This document shows, one piece after another, positions 51,161 to 64,000 of a stretch of 64,000 nucleotides of DNA. The notes beneath the pieces were generated by a model. It was not told the DNA's origin and ran no database searches. It saw only the letters and a program-made list of their open reading frames with translations. This DNA comes from Octopus vulgaris. Its lineage: Eukaryota. The first letter of the stretch is position 1, and each line of letters begins with the position of its first letter. The position numbers were made by a program, and so were the translations under genes. Where the stretch lies: assembly GCA_951406725.2 (NCBI GenBank), contig OX597828.1, positions 49,724,001-49,788,000 of the forward strand, written 5' to 3'.

Positions 51161-51173
51161 GTTGCATGGTAAC
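51161..51173. promoter_or_regulatory. RFX X-box-like motif GTTGCATGGTAAC in the LRRC49 5' region
   Basis: Near-palindromic match to GTTNCCATGGNAAC beside a cilia/centriolar-satellite gene; possible non-coding exon donor at about 50980. Confidence 0.55.
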
Positions 51174-52074
51174 AACAACACCACAATTTGAACGCCGATC
51201 ACCACAGCTTTAATATTCTTTCCAAATAAAAATCAAATGTTTTCAATTGAAAACTGTAAATTTTAATCGATATTAAATTAAGTGGGTGGTAGATGAAGAT
51301 TGTCAAAAGCACATACACCTCCGCCTTTAAAACATTCAGTCACTCAGTAAACGTAGTCGTAGTTGTAGTGGTGGTGGTGGTAGTTTAACCCAAGGTCAGC
51401 CCCTGATTGCTCAGGCCTGCGATCTAATCAATTGCAACGATCGATTTCAGTAAATAATCAATGTATATTTTCACACCATAAGTTAGTTACCAATTTGAAC
51501 CAGATATAACGAAACACACACACATATAAGATCAAATGGTTTGAGAGAAATTAGGCTACTATTTCTAGCAGATTGAGCGACCAAATAGAGGATCTCTAAA
51601 CATCGTTAATAAGTACAAAATTTAATAATAAAATCATTTAACTTTTGTTTATTGTCGCAATTTCATTGATGCTATATTCGAGAAAGTGATCTCTCGCATT
51701 ATGACAGTAGCAATGGAGTTTTTCTTTAAACTGAAGGCCAAATCGAAAGAAAATAGATGCTGAAATGTTAAGATCTCTCTGCGCTAGTTACAAGAATCAC
51801 ACAACAATATGCAAACACACAACGGTATGTAAATACCTACAGATGACATGAATGTATATAATTAGTATTGACGTGGGACTGCAAGTTTCGCCCTTCATTT
51901 GATGTCTCAGTCAACACGAGCTACGAACTCTACAATAAATTTGACTCGGACCCCTAGTGTTGAGTATTTTTTTTTTTATTCTATTCTTAAAGTTTAAAAA
52001 AATTTGAATGTATTAAAAATAACCTCAACTGAAAACACACACACACACAAACATGCGGACATAAACTCAGACAT

Positions 52075-52352
52075 AGACAGATAGGTAGATAGATAGATAG
52101 ATAAATAGACAGACAGATAGATAGATAAATAGACAGACAGACAGATAGATAAATAGACAGACAGACAGATAGATAAATAGACAGACAGACAGATAGATAA
52201 ATAGACAGATAGATAGATAGATAGATAGATAATGTTATTGTAAGGATAATTTTTTAACAAGAGAACTAGATTAACGGAAGAGTTAAATGTAGTTTTCACA
52301 TTAGTACCTAAGATACAAAACTAAAGAAAATGAAGCACAGGTGATATCTGCA

Positions 52353-52383
<31 letters not shown>

Positions 52384-52446
52384 TATATATTTGAATATAT
52401 ATATATGTATATATATATACACACACACACACACACATATATTTGA

Positions 52447-52477
<31 letters not shown>

Positions 52478-52552
52478 CACACACACACACACATATATTT
52501 GAATATATATATATATGTATATATATATATACACACACACATATACATATAT
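52075..52552. repeat. (GATA/GACA)n microsatellite plus a compound TTTGAA(TA)n(CA)n tandem
   Basis: Direct inspection. Confidence 0.9.
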
Positions 52553-52558
52553 ACTCAC

Positions 52559-52597
52559 TTCTCTCGCACCGATCATCTTCTTCTGGCGATTAAACAT
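52559..52597 (-). CDS. LRRC49: Candidate alternative first coding exon of LRRC49 (MFNRQKKMIGARE)
   Basis: accATG start, strong GAA|gtgagt donor; phase 0 fits exon 48342-48459. Confidence 0.45.
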
Positions 52598-53631
52598 GGT
52601 TGTCTGTCTAATTGAGCATTTAATCCCAGAGTTTAACGATGACTGTGAGTAATTGTGTAAGAGCCCGAGTGCTGCTCTTGCAGTAGTTTAAACTGGAGAG
52701 TGTGGTGCTCGCTGGTCGACGTAGCGATGGCGATAGTGTTACGACTGGTGCATTTATTGGTGTTGGTGGTAGTGGATGCGTAAATACATCAAGCGGAGAT
52801 ACAGAGGTGTAGTCGTGGTTGTAGGTGAGATGTACATGGCTCAGAGCTTGCCGGTATGGGAAATGAACGAGTAGTAGTAGTAGTAGTTGTTGTTGCTGCT
52901 GTTACGATAAATAGGCGTAGGCGTGGTAAGAAGTTTGCTTCCCAGTCACGTAGTTTTGAGTTCGGTCCCACTGCGACTCACTTCGGGCAAGTGTCTTCCC
53001 CTGCAGCCTCTGGCTGACCAAAGCCGTGTGAGTGGATTCGGTAGACGGAAACTGAAACAAGCCTGTCATGTGTGCATCTGTTTGTGTCTATGTTTGTGTT
53101 TATCCTCCACTACCGCTTGACAACCGTTATTGGTGTGTTTACGTTTCTGAAATCTAGCAGTTCGGCAAAAGAAACCAATAGAATAAGTACTGGGATCGAT
53201 TTGTTCAGCTAAAATTCATAGCGGTGCCCCGGCATGGCCACAGTCTAATGATTAAAACAAGTAAAAGAAAACATTGACAGAGAGAAATGTTTTTCACCAG
53301 ATAATTTGATATATTCATAAAAATTTGACTTTACTGAATAATATACGATAAGTTACTGGACTGTTTGGACCCCATAGAAATCTCTTAAGTGATCTCCCTT
53401 TAATTTATCCACACCCACTGCAGGATATGGGTTCTGTATTGTAAGAAGGAAACACTTGCCATTTATATAGTGCTCCCACTACAAACAACAGTGAACTCTG
53501 CCAGGGAAAGAACAGGAAAATAAACTGATGAGAGAAGAGAGAAGTGCTTACAAAGATAAGAGTTCTTGGGTGGAGAATAGAAAGTGAAATAGCTGGACAG
53601 ATAAGAAAAGGATGTTTATAAACTAAATTAT

Positions 53632-53985
53632 ATCATAATAATAATAATAATAATTGTGTACAGTGCTCAGGTGCACTACAACTCATCTAAAGTGTATATA
53701 TAATCAGGTGTAGTTTCGGCGGATTTCGGAAAGCATGAGGGCCTTAAAGGATGCAGTGTCATGGCAGTCAACAACTGACGCAGGCAGTTTATTCCATGCT
53801 TCAGCAACTCTGAGCGTGAAAAAATGTTTCCGAAAGTCATGGGAGCTGTGTTGTTTTCTGACTTTGTAGGCATGTCCATGTGTGTTAGACACATGGAGAT
53901 CAAAAAGGTGTTCAGTGTTGTTGTTGGTGAGGTGGTTGATAACTTTGTGGGTGTGTACCAAGTCCGTCGCTTCAGTGAATCCATG
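53632..53985 (-). mobile_element. CR1/L2-clade LINE 3' fragment, same family as 40875
   Basis: HGHAYKVRKQHSSHDFRKHFFTLRVAEAWNKLP; (TAA)n tail. Confidence 0.82.
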
Positions 53986-56900
53986 CCCATGTACAATGTT
54001 ATTATATAGAACATATAAGTACTGAGTAGAGTATGATATTGTTGCACAGGGTACATGGTTATTGTATAGGGTACTTCTGCTATCGTATTTTTTATGGCAA
54101 CAAGAACCTTATTGAGGCCCGATCTTCAAACCTTGTTTTACTTACAGTAGATTTCAGCCTTGTTTCCTTGTTATCAACATTTTTTCTGCCACAGAAACAA
54201 ATTTTGCTCGACATTTCATGAGCTCTGCCTTATTAAATCATCTGCTTAACCCCCACAATAAAAGCTGAGACAAAGTTCATTCCTTACATTTGGCATCTTT
54301 CTTTCTGACACACACAACCACAAAGACTATGAGAGCCTAACTTCATCAGCACCCACATCATTTTAACACAAAGCCATAAGGTCTTTGCTACCACCACCAA
54401 TATGACAAACAAGGCCGCCTTCCCCTCATCACCCTCTTCAGGACCCTACTACAACTAACTGGTTAATCTACCCGTCATAAACAACTATACAAATATTTAT
54501 AACAAACATTTTTTTGTATTCTTCTCACCACATAAAACTTTTAATATAGATCTTTGAATCAGTGCTGAGACCCCCTTCGGTCATGACTGAACTTGGGATA
54601 GCACCTAGAAATTAACCCTCCGAGGCACAAGTCCGGGCAAGGTTGTTTATGGAAGACCATCAGTCGCCCATGCATACCAGCCTCCCCTCTCCACGCCACC
54701 AGTGTTATCCAAAGGAAAGGCAAAGGGGCCGATACAGCTTGGCACCTGTGATGTCGCAACTCATTTCTACAGCTGAGTGAACTGGAGCAACGTGAAATAA
54801 AGTGTCTTGCTCAAGAACACAACACGCAGCCCAGTCTGGGATTCGAACTCACAACCTCACAATCGTAAGCTTGATGCTCTAACCACTGAGCCATGCGCCC
54901 TCACTTTGAATCAGTAATAATCCTAATATTAAATTTTGCAAACATTGGTGCACGCATGGCTGTGAAGAAAGAAGCTTACTTCTCAGTCACACATGGTTCC
55001 AGGCCCTGCCCTACAACATGGCATTTTGAATGTTGTCTACTACAGCCTCAGGCAGACCAAAGACTTATGAGTACTAGTTGTCAAGTGGTGGTGGTGTCAA
55101 ACACAGATACACACATATATACGAGGGACTTCTTTCAGTTTCCATCTATGAAATCCACTCTCACAAGGATTTGGTCTGTCTGGAGGACATTCTATCAGAC
55201 AGTTCCCCAATGTACCACACAGTGGGACTGAACCCAGCACCATGTACTGGGAAGCGAACTCTTTACCACAGTCACACTTGAGTGTGTCCTTGTCTTGACA
55301 GTGTGATAGTTGTAAATGACTTTACTCTTTTGCTCCAGTCATCTGATTGTGGCCATGCTGGAGCGCTGCCTTTAGTCGAGCACATCGACCCCTGGACTTT
55401 TGTCAAGTGACGTTGGGAGGACAGACATACAAATATATATATCTATGTACACAAACGATGGGCATCTTTCAGTTTCCATCTACCAAATCCACTCACAAGG
55501 CTTTGGTTGGCCCGAGGCTATAATAGAAGACACTTGCCCAAGGTGCCACGCAGTGGGACTGAGCCAGGAACCATGTAGTTCATAAGCAAGCTACTTACCA
55601 CACAGCCACTCCTATGCCTATTACAGTCATACGTTAATGTCATTTCTTTCGAATATTCTGTGAAAACATGTCTGACCATGAGGCAATATATTACTTTGGT
55701 TCATAACAAGTGAAGATTGATGATAGAAAGGACATCTAGCTATGGAAAAATCAGTCTCAATGAATTTAACTCAATCCATGCAAGCGTGACAAAGTGAACA
55801 TTAACTCTTAAAAGACATTCGGATTACTCAGACAAATGTAATGCTTATTTATTCACATTTGATATCACCTAGTCATGCATTACTTTGTAGCTTTGAGATT
55901 TCAATGGTATTATTGTTTATTTTAAGAATAACATTGCAGGGTAAGTGTGAGAGGCCAGACCTGGTCAATTTGATGATAAAACAGGTAGATTATTTTTGCA
56001 AGATATGACCAGCTTAAAATGATGACCCTGGCAGAATGAAAGGTAAAGGTTGACCTCAGAACAAATAAAGCCATAACCAATTACTAATAATCCAATTAGC
56101 ACAAGACTAATTAATTAACCCTTTCTACTAAGGGCACAAGGCCAGGAAATTTTGGGGGAGGGGACTAGTCAATTACACCAACCCCAGTGTTTCACTGGTA
56201 CTTATTTATCAACCCTGAAATGATGAAAGGCAAAGTTAACCTTGGCAGAATTTGAACTCAGAACGTAAAGACAAACAAAATGCGTCTTGCTCGGCCTGCT
56301 AATGATTCTGCCAGCTCGTTGCCTTTAGAAGACTAATTAATTAATGAAATGACAAAATGTTATGTAATATTTGTATTAAATACATTGTTACACAGTACAG
56401 ACTTCAGAACTTGGAAAATGTTTGTTTTGAAAAAATTCCTGGTTGGAGGTGTCTGAACATGGAGAAACATTACCTTGCTTGGAAACAGGTGAGGATTGGT
56501 GACGGGAAGGGCATCCAGCTGTAGAAAATCTGCCTCAATAAATTTCCATTTGATCCAATACAAGCATAGAAAAAGATGCTAAAATAATGATGATGACATA
56601 TTGCTAACAGAAAAAGAAGCAAAAACACATACAGTGGATGCCCTTCCTAATGCCAACCACTCCGTGAGTGTAGTGGGTGCTTTTTACGTGCCACCAGAGA
56701 CTGGCAACGGCCACGATCGGTTGGTGGATTTTACGTGCCACTGACAGGGAAGCCAGTCAAGGTGGTGCCGGCATCGGCCACGTACGGATGGTGCTTTTTA
56801 CGTGCCACCGGCACAGGTACCAGGGTAGGCTCTCTTCTAATGAATTAAAAATCAAAATGTACAGGGCACAAAAAAAAAAACCTTTCATATCCTATACAGC

Positions 56901-57646
56901 CATTAGTGTGGCACTAGTAAAGTTAGGCAGGTCACAAATATAAAAAGAAAAAAAAAACCCCAAAACAGTAATGTGTAATCATCACCTTTTAACATCTGAT
57001 TTCCATGTTGGTATGGGTTGGACAGTTTGATAGGAGCTGGAAAGCTGGAGAGCTACACCAGGCTTCAACTGTCTGTATTGGCATAGTTCCTATGGCTGGA
57101 TGCCCTTCCTAACACCAACTACTTTACAGAGTGTACTGGGTGCTTTCTATGAGGCACTAGCACCCACAAGTTCACAAAACAAGAACCTCTCAGCTTAGAG
57201 AAGGAGTGTTACCCTGAAACAAAAACAGAATCCACTAGTTGGAGCCTAATGTGACCACCTTGAAGTTTAATATATTTACAAAGAAAAAAATACAAATACA
57301 AAAATATGTAAATCAAATAGTTTTTATTAGTTATTGTCACAGATTGAAAGCTTAGATGATATACTGAGAATTGGTCAAACTGAGGACCCAAACACCACAC
57401 CTCAGTCTGGTACAAAAACACACAGGACAGAGAAACATAATGATGTTTATTACACACATGTGAGTGAGAACACTTTGAGATATTTTTGGTACCTAACATA
57501 TGTCAGATACTGCAAGCGCTGCTTCTGATTGGTCAATCCATGGTGATGACCCGAGGTCACGGTGACGGCACTACTTTTGTCATTCGTAAGTTACAACTAA
57601 ACATGAAGAATTTAGTTATTGGGTTAATAAAATATGGTCGTTTATT

Positions 57647-57819
57647 CGTGTGTAATAAATAAAATACCAAACTCATTCCCTATGGATACTGTATTTATTA
57701 CAACTCGTGGCTTGTAAACGTATCTAACGAGCGAAAGCGAGTTAGATACGTTTACAAGCCACTTGTAATAAATACGGTATCCATAGGGAATGAGTTTGGT
57801 ATTCTCTATTTATCACATG
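57647..57819. repeat. Long near-perfect palindrome with a GCGAAAGC apex, probably from a non-autonomous DNA element
   Basis: About 80-bp arms (AATACCAAACTCATTCCCTATGGATAC...GTATCCATAGGGAATGAGTTTGGTATT). Confidence 0.85.
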
Positions 57820-60470
57820 GGCTACTGAGTGATAATAATAATACGAACATGTTACCTTTTCTTCATTGTCCAATTAGTTCCTGTGTGAATACAGATTCTG
57901 GAGCTGGGCACAGCAGAAATGGCCCAGATCAACTTGGTTGGAATACAATAATTGCCATTCCTCTACACCTACCATCAATGGTACCATGTAACTTTGCAGC
58001 GAGTTGGCAGAATCGTTAGCACGTCGGGCGAAATGCTTAGCGGTATTTCAGCTGCCGTTACATTCTGTGTTCAAATTCCGCCAAGGTCGACTTTGCCTTT
58101 CATCCTTTCGGGGTCAATAAATTAAGTACCAGTTAAGTACTGGGGTCGATATAATCGACTTAATACCTATGTCTGTCCATGTTTGTCCCCTCTATGTTTA
58201 GCCCCTTGTGGGTAATAAAGAAATAGGTTTCATGTAACTTTGCCCAATGCTGAAGGTTAACAAAGACACAGAAGCTACAATTGTTTTTGTGGATATGTGT
58301 GTTTTCATGAGTAGCAAAGATAATATTTATTAAAACTGAGTTATAGCAGTGTTCTGGAATGTTGCAGACGTGTCTGAGAGTTCTACCAGATTTCTCAAGG
58401 TCGGAGCTTGCAGTTCCTGTGAATTGACTTGAATGTTTCTGCTAAAATTTCTCAAAAAAAAAATCACACACATATTGGATCTTACAATGTACTATGTGTG
58501 CATGTGTGTGTCTGTGATAACCATCCCTAAACCAGAAGCCAATGAGACCTGCAGGCAAGGGATTGAAACCATTAATTTCTCTATGCTGGGCTGAACTGAA
58601 TAGTAAAATCTTAAGTTACGATAAGTGTGTTTATGATATATGATGTATCATAGTCATATCATATATAGAATATACAATGAAATGCAGGTATGGCTGTGTA
58701 GTGTAGAAGATTGCTTCCCAACCACATGGTTTTGGATTCAATCCCACTGTATGGCACCTTGGACACGCGTCTTCTACTATAGCTCCACGCTGATAAAAAC
58801 CCCCGAGTGGATTTGATAGATGGAAACTGAAGGAAGCCCATCTTGTGTGTGTGATTATCATTGTTTCCCTGTCACGAAATTGTGCAATAGTTGAAAATGA
58901 GCATCATCATCATCATACAAGCAATTTTGTTCATTTCCAAACTGTTATGAAAACATGTCTGGCCATGAAGAAATTAGCTTATTTGGAAACAAGTGATGGT
59001 GGGTGGCAGAAAGAGCATCCAGCTATAGAAAATCTGTCTCAACAAATTCCATCTAACCCATGCAAGCATAGTAAAGTGGATGTTAAAAAAGATAATACAT
59101 CATTTCACCATTCCAACTTTGAGTTCATCCTACATAACCTAAGACTAATCCAATCGTGAATGAAATCCGGTCAGGGAAACTGTGTGGAATCTTGTGGGAC
59201 TTTTTACCTGTTCCTGGTTGGTGGATGACCCCAGTGAGTTACTTGCTTCGACACCATCACCACCAGATCATCACACGATGCTTGGGTGTTCCAGCGGAGG
59301 ACATTCTGTTGCAGACATTTAGACCAAGGCTCCAAACTAAGGATCCACCGTAGCAATCTATGATTTATGGTTCCTTCAGATGAATAATATTGGTGACCTT
59401 AGAATAAGTGATGGAGCCTCATCCTCCTCCTCCTCATTCTGGTTACGCCAAATGAGTACACACACACACACACACACACTGTTGTAGGACAGTGAAATAT
59501 TGACTGCTATCAATCGATATCAGGTGGCAAGCTGGCAGAAACGTTAGCACGCCGGGAGAAATGCTTAGCAGTATTTCGCCTGCCTTTACGTTCTGAGTTC
59601 AAATTCCGCCAAGGTCGACTTTGCCTTTCATCCTTTCGGGGTCGATAAATTAAGTACCAGTTACGCACTGGGATCGATCTAATCGACTTAACCCATTTGT
59701 CAATCCTTGTTTGTCCCCTCTGTGTTTAGCCCCTTGTGGGTAGTAAAGAAATAGATAGTAATTTTGATAGTTCCATCTTCTGTTGGATTGTCAAGAGATT
59801 AATATCCCAACATGGGTCAGTCGTTGATTGTAGATTACAGACTACCGAAGGCGACCATTTCTGAAAACACAAAGAGAAAAAGACGATGTTTAAATAATTA
59901 CAGTCGCACATTCATATACAAATCTGTGTTAGAGTATATGTATGTACATACACATACAGAGAGTACCAAGTCTTTGTGAACACTATGTTAGTGGGTCGTA
60001 AATGGGTAGACAATCTAACATGTAACAAAATATGCACCAAATTTTAATGTTCTCATTTCTCTCTCAGATCATCATCATCATCATCGTTTAGCGTCCGCTT
60101 TCCATGCTAGCATGGGTTGGACGGTTCAACTGGGGTCTGGGAAGCCAGAAGGCTGCACCAGGCCCAGTCTGATCTGGCAATGTTTCTACGGCTGGATGCC
60201 CTTCCTAATGCCAACCACTCCGTGAGTGTAGTGGGTGCTTTTTACGTGCCAGACGGGGCTGGGAAACAGCCACGATCGGATGGTGCTTTTTACGTGCCAC
60301 CGGCACGGATACATCAACAAAATCAACATGGCAGATTCCAACCTGACAAGAAATGGTAAGACAGGCTGTGCTTGTGGCTCTATCCCACAGCCAAAGTAAT
60401 TCAGAGTTTATTAGCTTCTTGAACACAGTCAGATTATGTTGAAGGTCAGGAAAGAGCTGGAAGCCTTTGG

Positions 60471-61092
60471 AGATCTTTACCTTTTGACCGACAGATTTTA
60501 AAAATAAGTTTTTTGTAACTAAACACTTTCAAACTTCGGGCACTGGTAGAATGTGTCATATAAAATATGTTTTACTCTTAGCATTTTTGAGAAAAACTTA
60601 TATTTACGAAGTAATTTCACCTTAAAGTTCTTGTATTTCGGTAATTTCAACCAATCAATGACGTGTATTCAGCTAAATAAAATTATTGCCGTTGTGTGTC
60701 AACGACAACTATCTGCGGTGTATTTTTCGTTTGTCACTGTTATTTATGACATCGTTCATGCGTTTGTACTGGTTTTAAGGTTTTGGCGTTCGGGTTGTCA
60801 TAAATAACAATGACAAATGAAATATACACTGCCGGAAGTTCTTGTTGACAAACAGCAGCAGTAATTTTATTCAGCTGATCAACTGAATACACGTCAGTGA
60901 TTGGTTGAAATGACCGAAATACCGAAATACAAGAACTTTAAGGTGAAATTACTTCGTAAATATAAGTTTTTCTCAAAAATGCTAAGAGTAAAACATGTTT
61001 TATATGACACATTCTACCAGTGTCCGAAGTTAGAAAGTATTTAGCTACAAAAAAATTATTTTTTAAATCTGTCGGTCAAAAGGTAAAGATCC
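60471..61092. mobile_element. Nearly fully palindromic MITE (GATCTTTACCTTTTGACCGACAG termini)
   Basis: About 300-bp inverted arms; flanking 8-bp near-duplication gcctttgg/acctttgg; relatives at 5633-5835 and 7034-7409. Confidence 0.9.
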
Positions 61093-61483
61093 ACCTTTGG
61101 CAGATCGTACCAACTGTAGCCAAGATGCAAGAAACATTCTCCCTGGTTAGGCACCATCAAGATGGTCAAGTTCCTTCAGGACATCGTCAATGACAATCTC
61201 AGTAAGTTGAAGAGGGCCATTTCCAAGTAGCTCAAGGTAACAGAGCCCACTGTCGGATATGTGGTGCATGAGTAGATCAAGTATAAATCCTAAATAGCAA
61301 AGGGGGAGAGTAGTTTAAGTCCAGCAAGACCAAGAGAATTAATGTGATCTGGTCAAAGTGTTTGCTAAACAAATCTAATCACTCTGAGAAACCTGGCATG
61401 CTCTGGGTCTTCTCTGATGATGAGAACGTCTACCAGAGCCAGATAAACAAGAAGACAGCTAGCTCTGTGAGAGTCCTCTATGG

Positions 61484-62096
61484 TAAGGTTTAGGGAACTT
61501 TTTTTAACACCAATTGCCCCAAAATACATTTATTTATGCTGTTACCCCCTTGATTTGGAAGGAAGAAAATCATAGATTCTTTGAATTCAAAAGGTTTTTC
61601 TTTTTATTTGTTTTAGTCATTTGACTGCAGCCATGCTGGAGCACCACCTTTAGGCTTATTGAATCTATTCATATGGAGAATACAGTTATAGATTCAAAAA
61701 ATATAAAACAAATGCAATAAAATAAATTTCATCATTATAAAGCAAAAGTTTTTTTTTTTTTCTAGAAACTTTTTCACTTCAGGTTTTGGAGAAACGATGC
61801 CTCGTTTTTGATACAATTAGATCAAAATTGGGGCATTTTCATGCCAGAGCAATTTGGATACAGTCTTCAGGGTCCAATTGATTACTCTTTGCTTTTATGT
61901 TCATTAGAGTGGAAAATTCTTGTTTGCAAAAGGCAACAACTATTTGACTGCCTTATCGTGCCAGAAGAAAAAATTCTGTTGTAACTAGGAACACTTTTCT
62001 TTTATAATTGTACTTATGTCTAATGAGTCCTCATTACCCCCAAGAATTTCATTTTTACTCCACTTGGGGTAATTTACCCCTGTTCACCAACCCCTG
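61484..62096 (-). mobile_element. Non-autonomous hAT (Charlie/Buster-like) element
   Basis: Exact 8-bp TSD CTCTATGG; CAGGGGTTGGTGAAC-type TIR; internal EFSTLMNIKAKSNQLDPEDCIQIAL resembles the hAT dimerisation domain. Confidence 0.8.
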
Positions 62097-64000
62097 CTCT
62101 ATGGATTCTCACAGAGATAGCTGTTAGTTCAGTGGTATCATGAGCAAGAGAACTATAACAACATGCCACATCACTTCCTGTAGGGATTCAAAATCAAAGC
62201 CCCTACCTATATTGATGCACAACTGGGCATGGTAGTTAAGCCCTGGGTCATGTTCCAACAAGACTCTACTCCCCACATGGCCCCTGCAACCCAGGAATAA
62301 ATTAGCTGAGAATTTTCACTTGTTTTACTCCCAACTCTTGTCTGGACCATTATATCTGGGGTACAATCGTTGAGAGGGAGACAAACCACAATATAAGGAC
62401 TGCTGAAGGCTGCCATTGTAGACACAATGGGCAACAGGGATTAGAATCCCTATTCTGGCACAGAGCCACTTCCATGGTCACATCAAGATTGAGGATGGTT
62501 TTACTGAATAACTTTTGTTTTTTAGATACCAAGGGGAATGTGTACTTTTCTTCAGTCTTTTTTTCCCTAATTACTTGTTGTACACACACACACACTCAAT
62601 AGTGTGAAATGCAGTTAAACAAAAGAAACTATTAAATACTGATAGGTAGATTGATTATCATAGATATACACACATACACATACATCATGCCCTCTCATCT
62701 CTCTGACACTCTCTCTCTCCTGTAGAACTCAATTACTTGTGCAATTAATCTCTTGGTTACACTGTCCTTAATGAGCTGAGATAACATAGTCAAGACTCTC
62801 TAGATTTGTGGGACACAAAGCAACGACTTGTGTTGATGGCATGATAAAATGCATGTGGTAAACTCTAAGTGATTGGCAAATGGATTGAGGAAATACAGAG
62901 TCAAGTGGACCCCTTTAGTTTGGCTAAGAACATAATATAAGTAATGTCTCTAGTGCTGGTGCCATACAAAAATAAGTATACTCTGTAAAGAGGCAGATAT
63001 TCAGAAAAGTATCCAGGTATATAGAAACCATGCTAAAAAGGGGATGCGTTGAGGTGTGCCACCTAAGAAAGTACTAACATGAAATAAGAACTGGCTTGGA
63101 TCAAGGACAACCAATCCAGCCCAAGGGGTCAGCAGGGGAAGTGGTTGTTGTATCACACATCCAGCAGATCTTAGCTTACTTTTCTTGAACCTCTCAGAGT
63201 TACCCACATGAGACTGATATATAATCTCATTATTCAGGCATTGTGAATAATGAGACCATAACCTGTGGCCTATGCCAGGAGCGTAACCAGCCCGCTTATG
63301 CGTACCTTTTCCTTCTTTGGTCACTAAACTCTGCTTGCAAAGACCTGTTGAGGCAAGTGAAATCAAAATCATTTCAATGACTGGCATTCGTGCTAGTGGG
63401 GTGCAAAGAGTACCATACAAATGTGATCGTTGACAGAGCGGCTATTCGAGTATGATCGTTACCAGCGTCGAATTACTGGCACTCATGCCTGTGCTAGTAG
63501 GGTACCAAGAGCACCATCCGAGTGTGATCGTTGCCAGAGCAGCCAACTGGCTTCCGTACCCATGGCACCATTCGAGTGTGATCGTTACCAACATCGCTCC
63601 ACTGGCACGTGTAAAAAGATTCAAGCGAGGTCATTGCCAGTACCACCTGACTGGCCCCTGTGCCAGCGGCACGTAAAATGCACCCACTATACTCTCGGAG
63701 TGGTTGGCGTTAGGAAGGGCATCCAGCTGTAGAAACTCTGCCAGATCAAGGTTGGAGTCTGGTGCAGCCATCTGGTTCGCCAGCCCACAGTCAAAAATCG
63801 TCCAACCCATGCTAGCATGGAAAGTGGACGTTAAACGATGATGATGTGATAGGAGAGAGGCACTAATAGCAACTATTTCTCATAGGTTATGAAATCATGT
63901 AGAAACCTCCCCGTTGGCTTGATGATAATTGGTAGTGAGACCCAAGTTGTTCAATGCTGACATTCAAAGACCTGTGCCTTAAGCATGAAACGAACATTAC

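Larger units (their letters stand above)
60325..62480 (+). mobile_element. Degenerate Tc1/mariner (maT/DD37D-like) transposase remnant split by insertions
   Basis: Fragments LWVFSDDENVYQ (about 61400), VMFQQDSTPH (about 62250) and PNSCLDHYIWG (about 62330). Confidence 0.65.

Overview
AT-rich, repeat-dense eukaryotic genomic DNA. The SINE/MITE families and gene structures suggest an octopod cephalopod; this is inference, not checked against a database. Two intact multi-exon genes converge tail-to-tail. On the + strand is mitochondrial ATP synthase subunit alpha (ATP5F1A: 10 coding exons, 12853-23567, 551 aa, all splice phases close). On the - strand is LRRC49 (17 coding exons, about 49652-25654, about 822 aa; the first exon is uncertain, with an alternative at 52559-52597). 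A third, unrecognised spliced unit appears to run divergently from the ATP5F1A promoter (- strand, about 12353-8990). The rest is mostly transposon-derived: at least four SINE families, piggyBac-, hAT-, Tigger- and Harbinger-like MITEs, long palindromic MITEs, two solo LTRs, CR1/RTE LINE fragments, a mellifera-type mariner remnant and a Tc1/maT remnant carrying three nested insertions. Most short ORFs in the supplied track are repeat or microsatellite noise. The observations most worth checking are the dense stem-loops in ATP5F1A introns, the divergent orphan transcript, a triplicated LRRC49 splice acceptor, a palindromic double polyA signal between the convergent genes, an intronic copy of part of an LRRC49 exon, and candidate restorative A-to-I sites. 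I found no firm evidence of a wholly new system.
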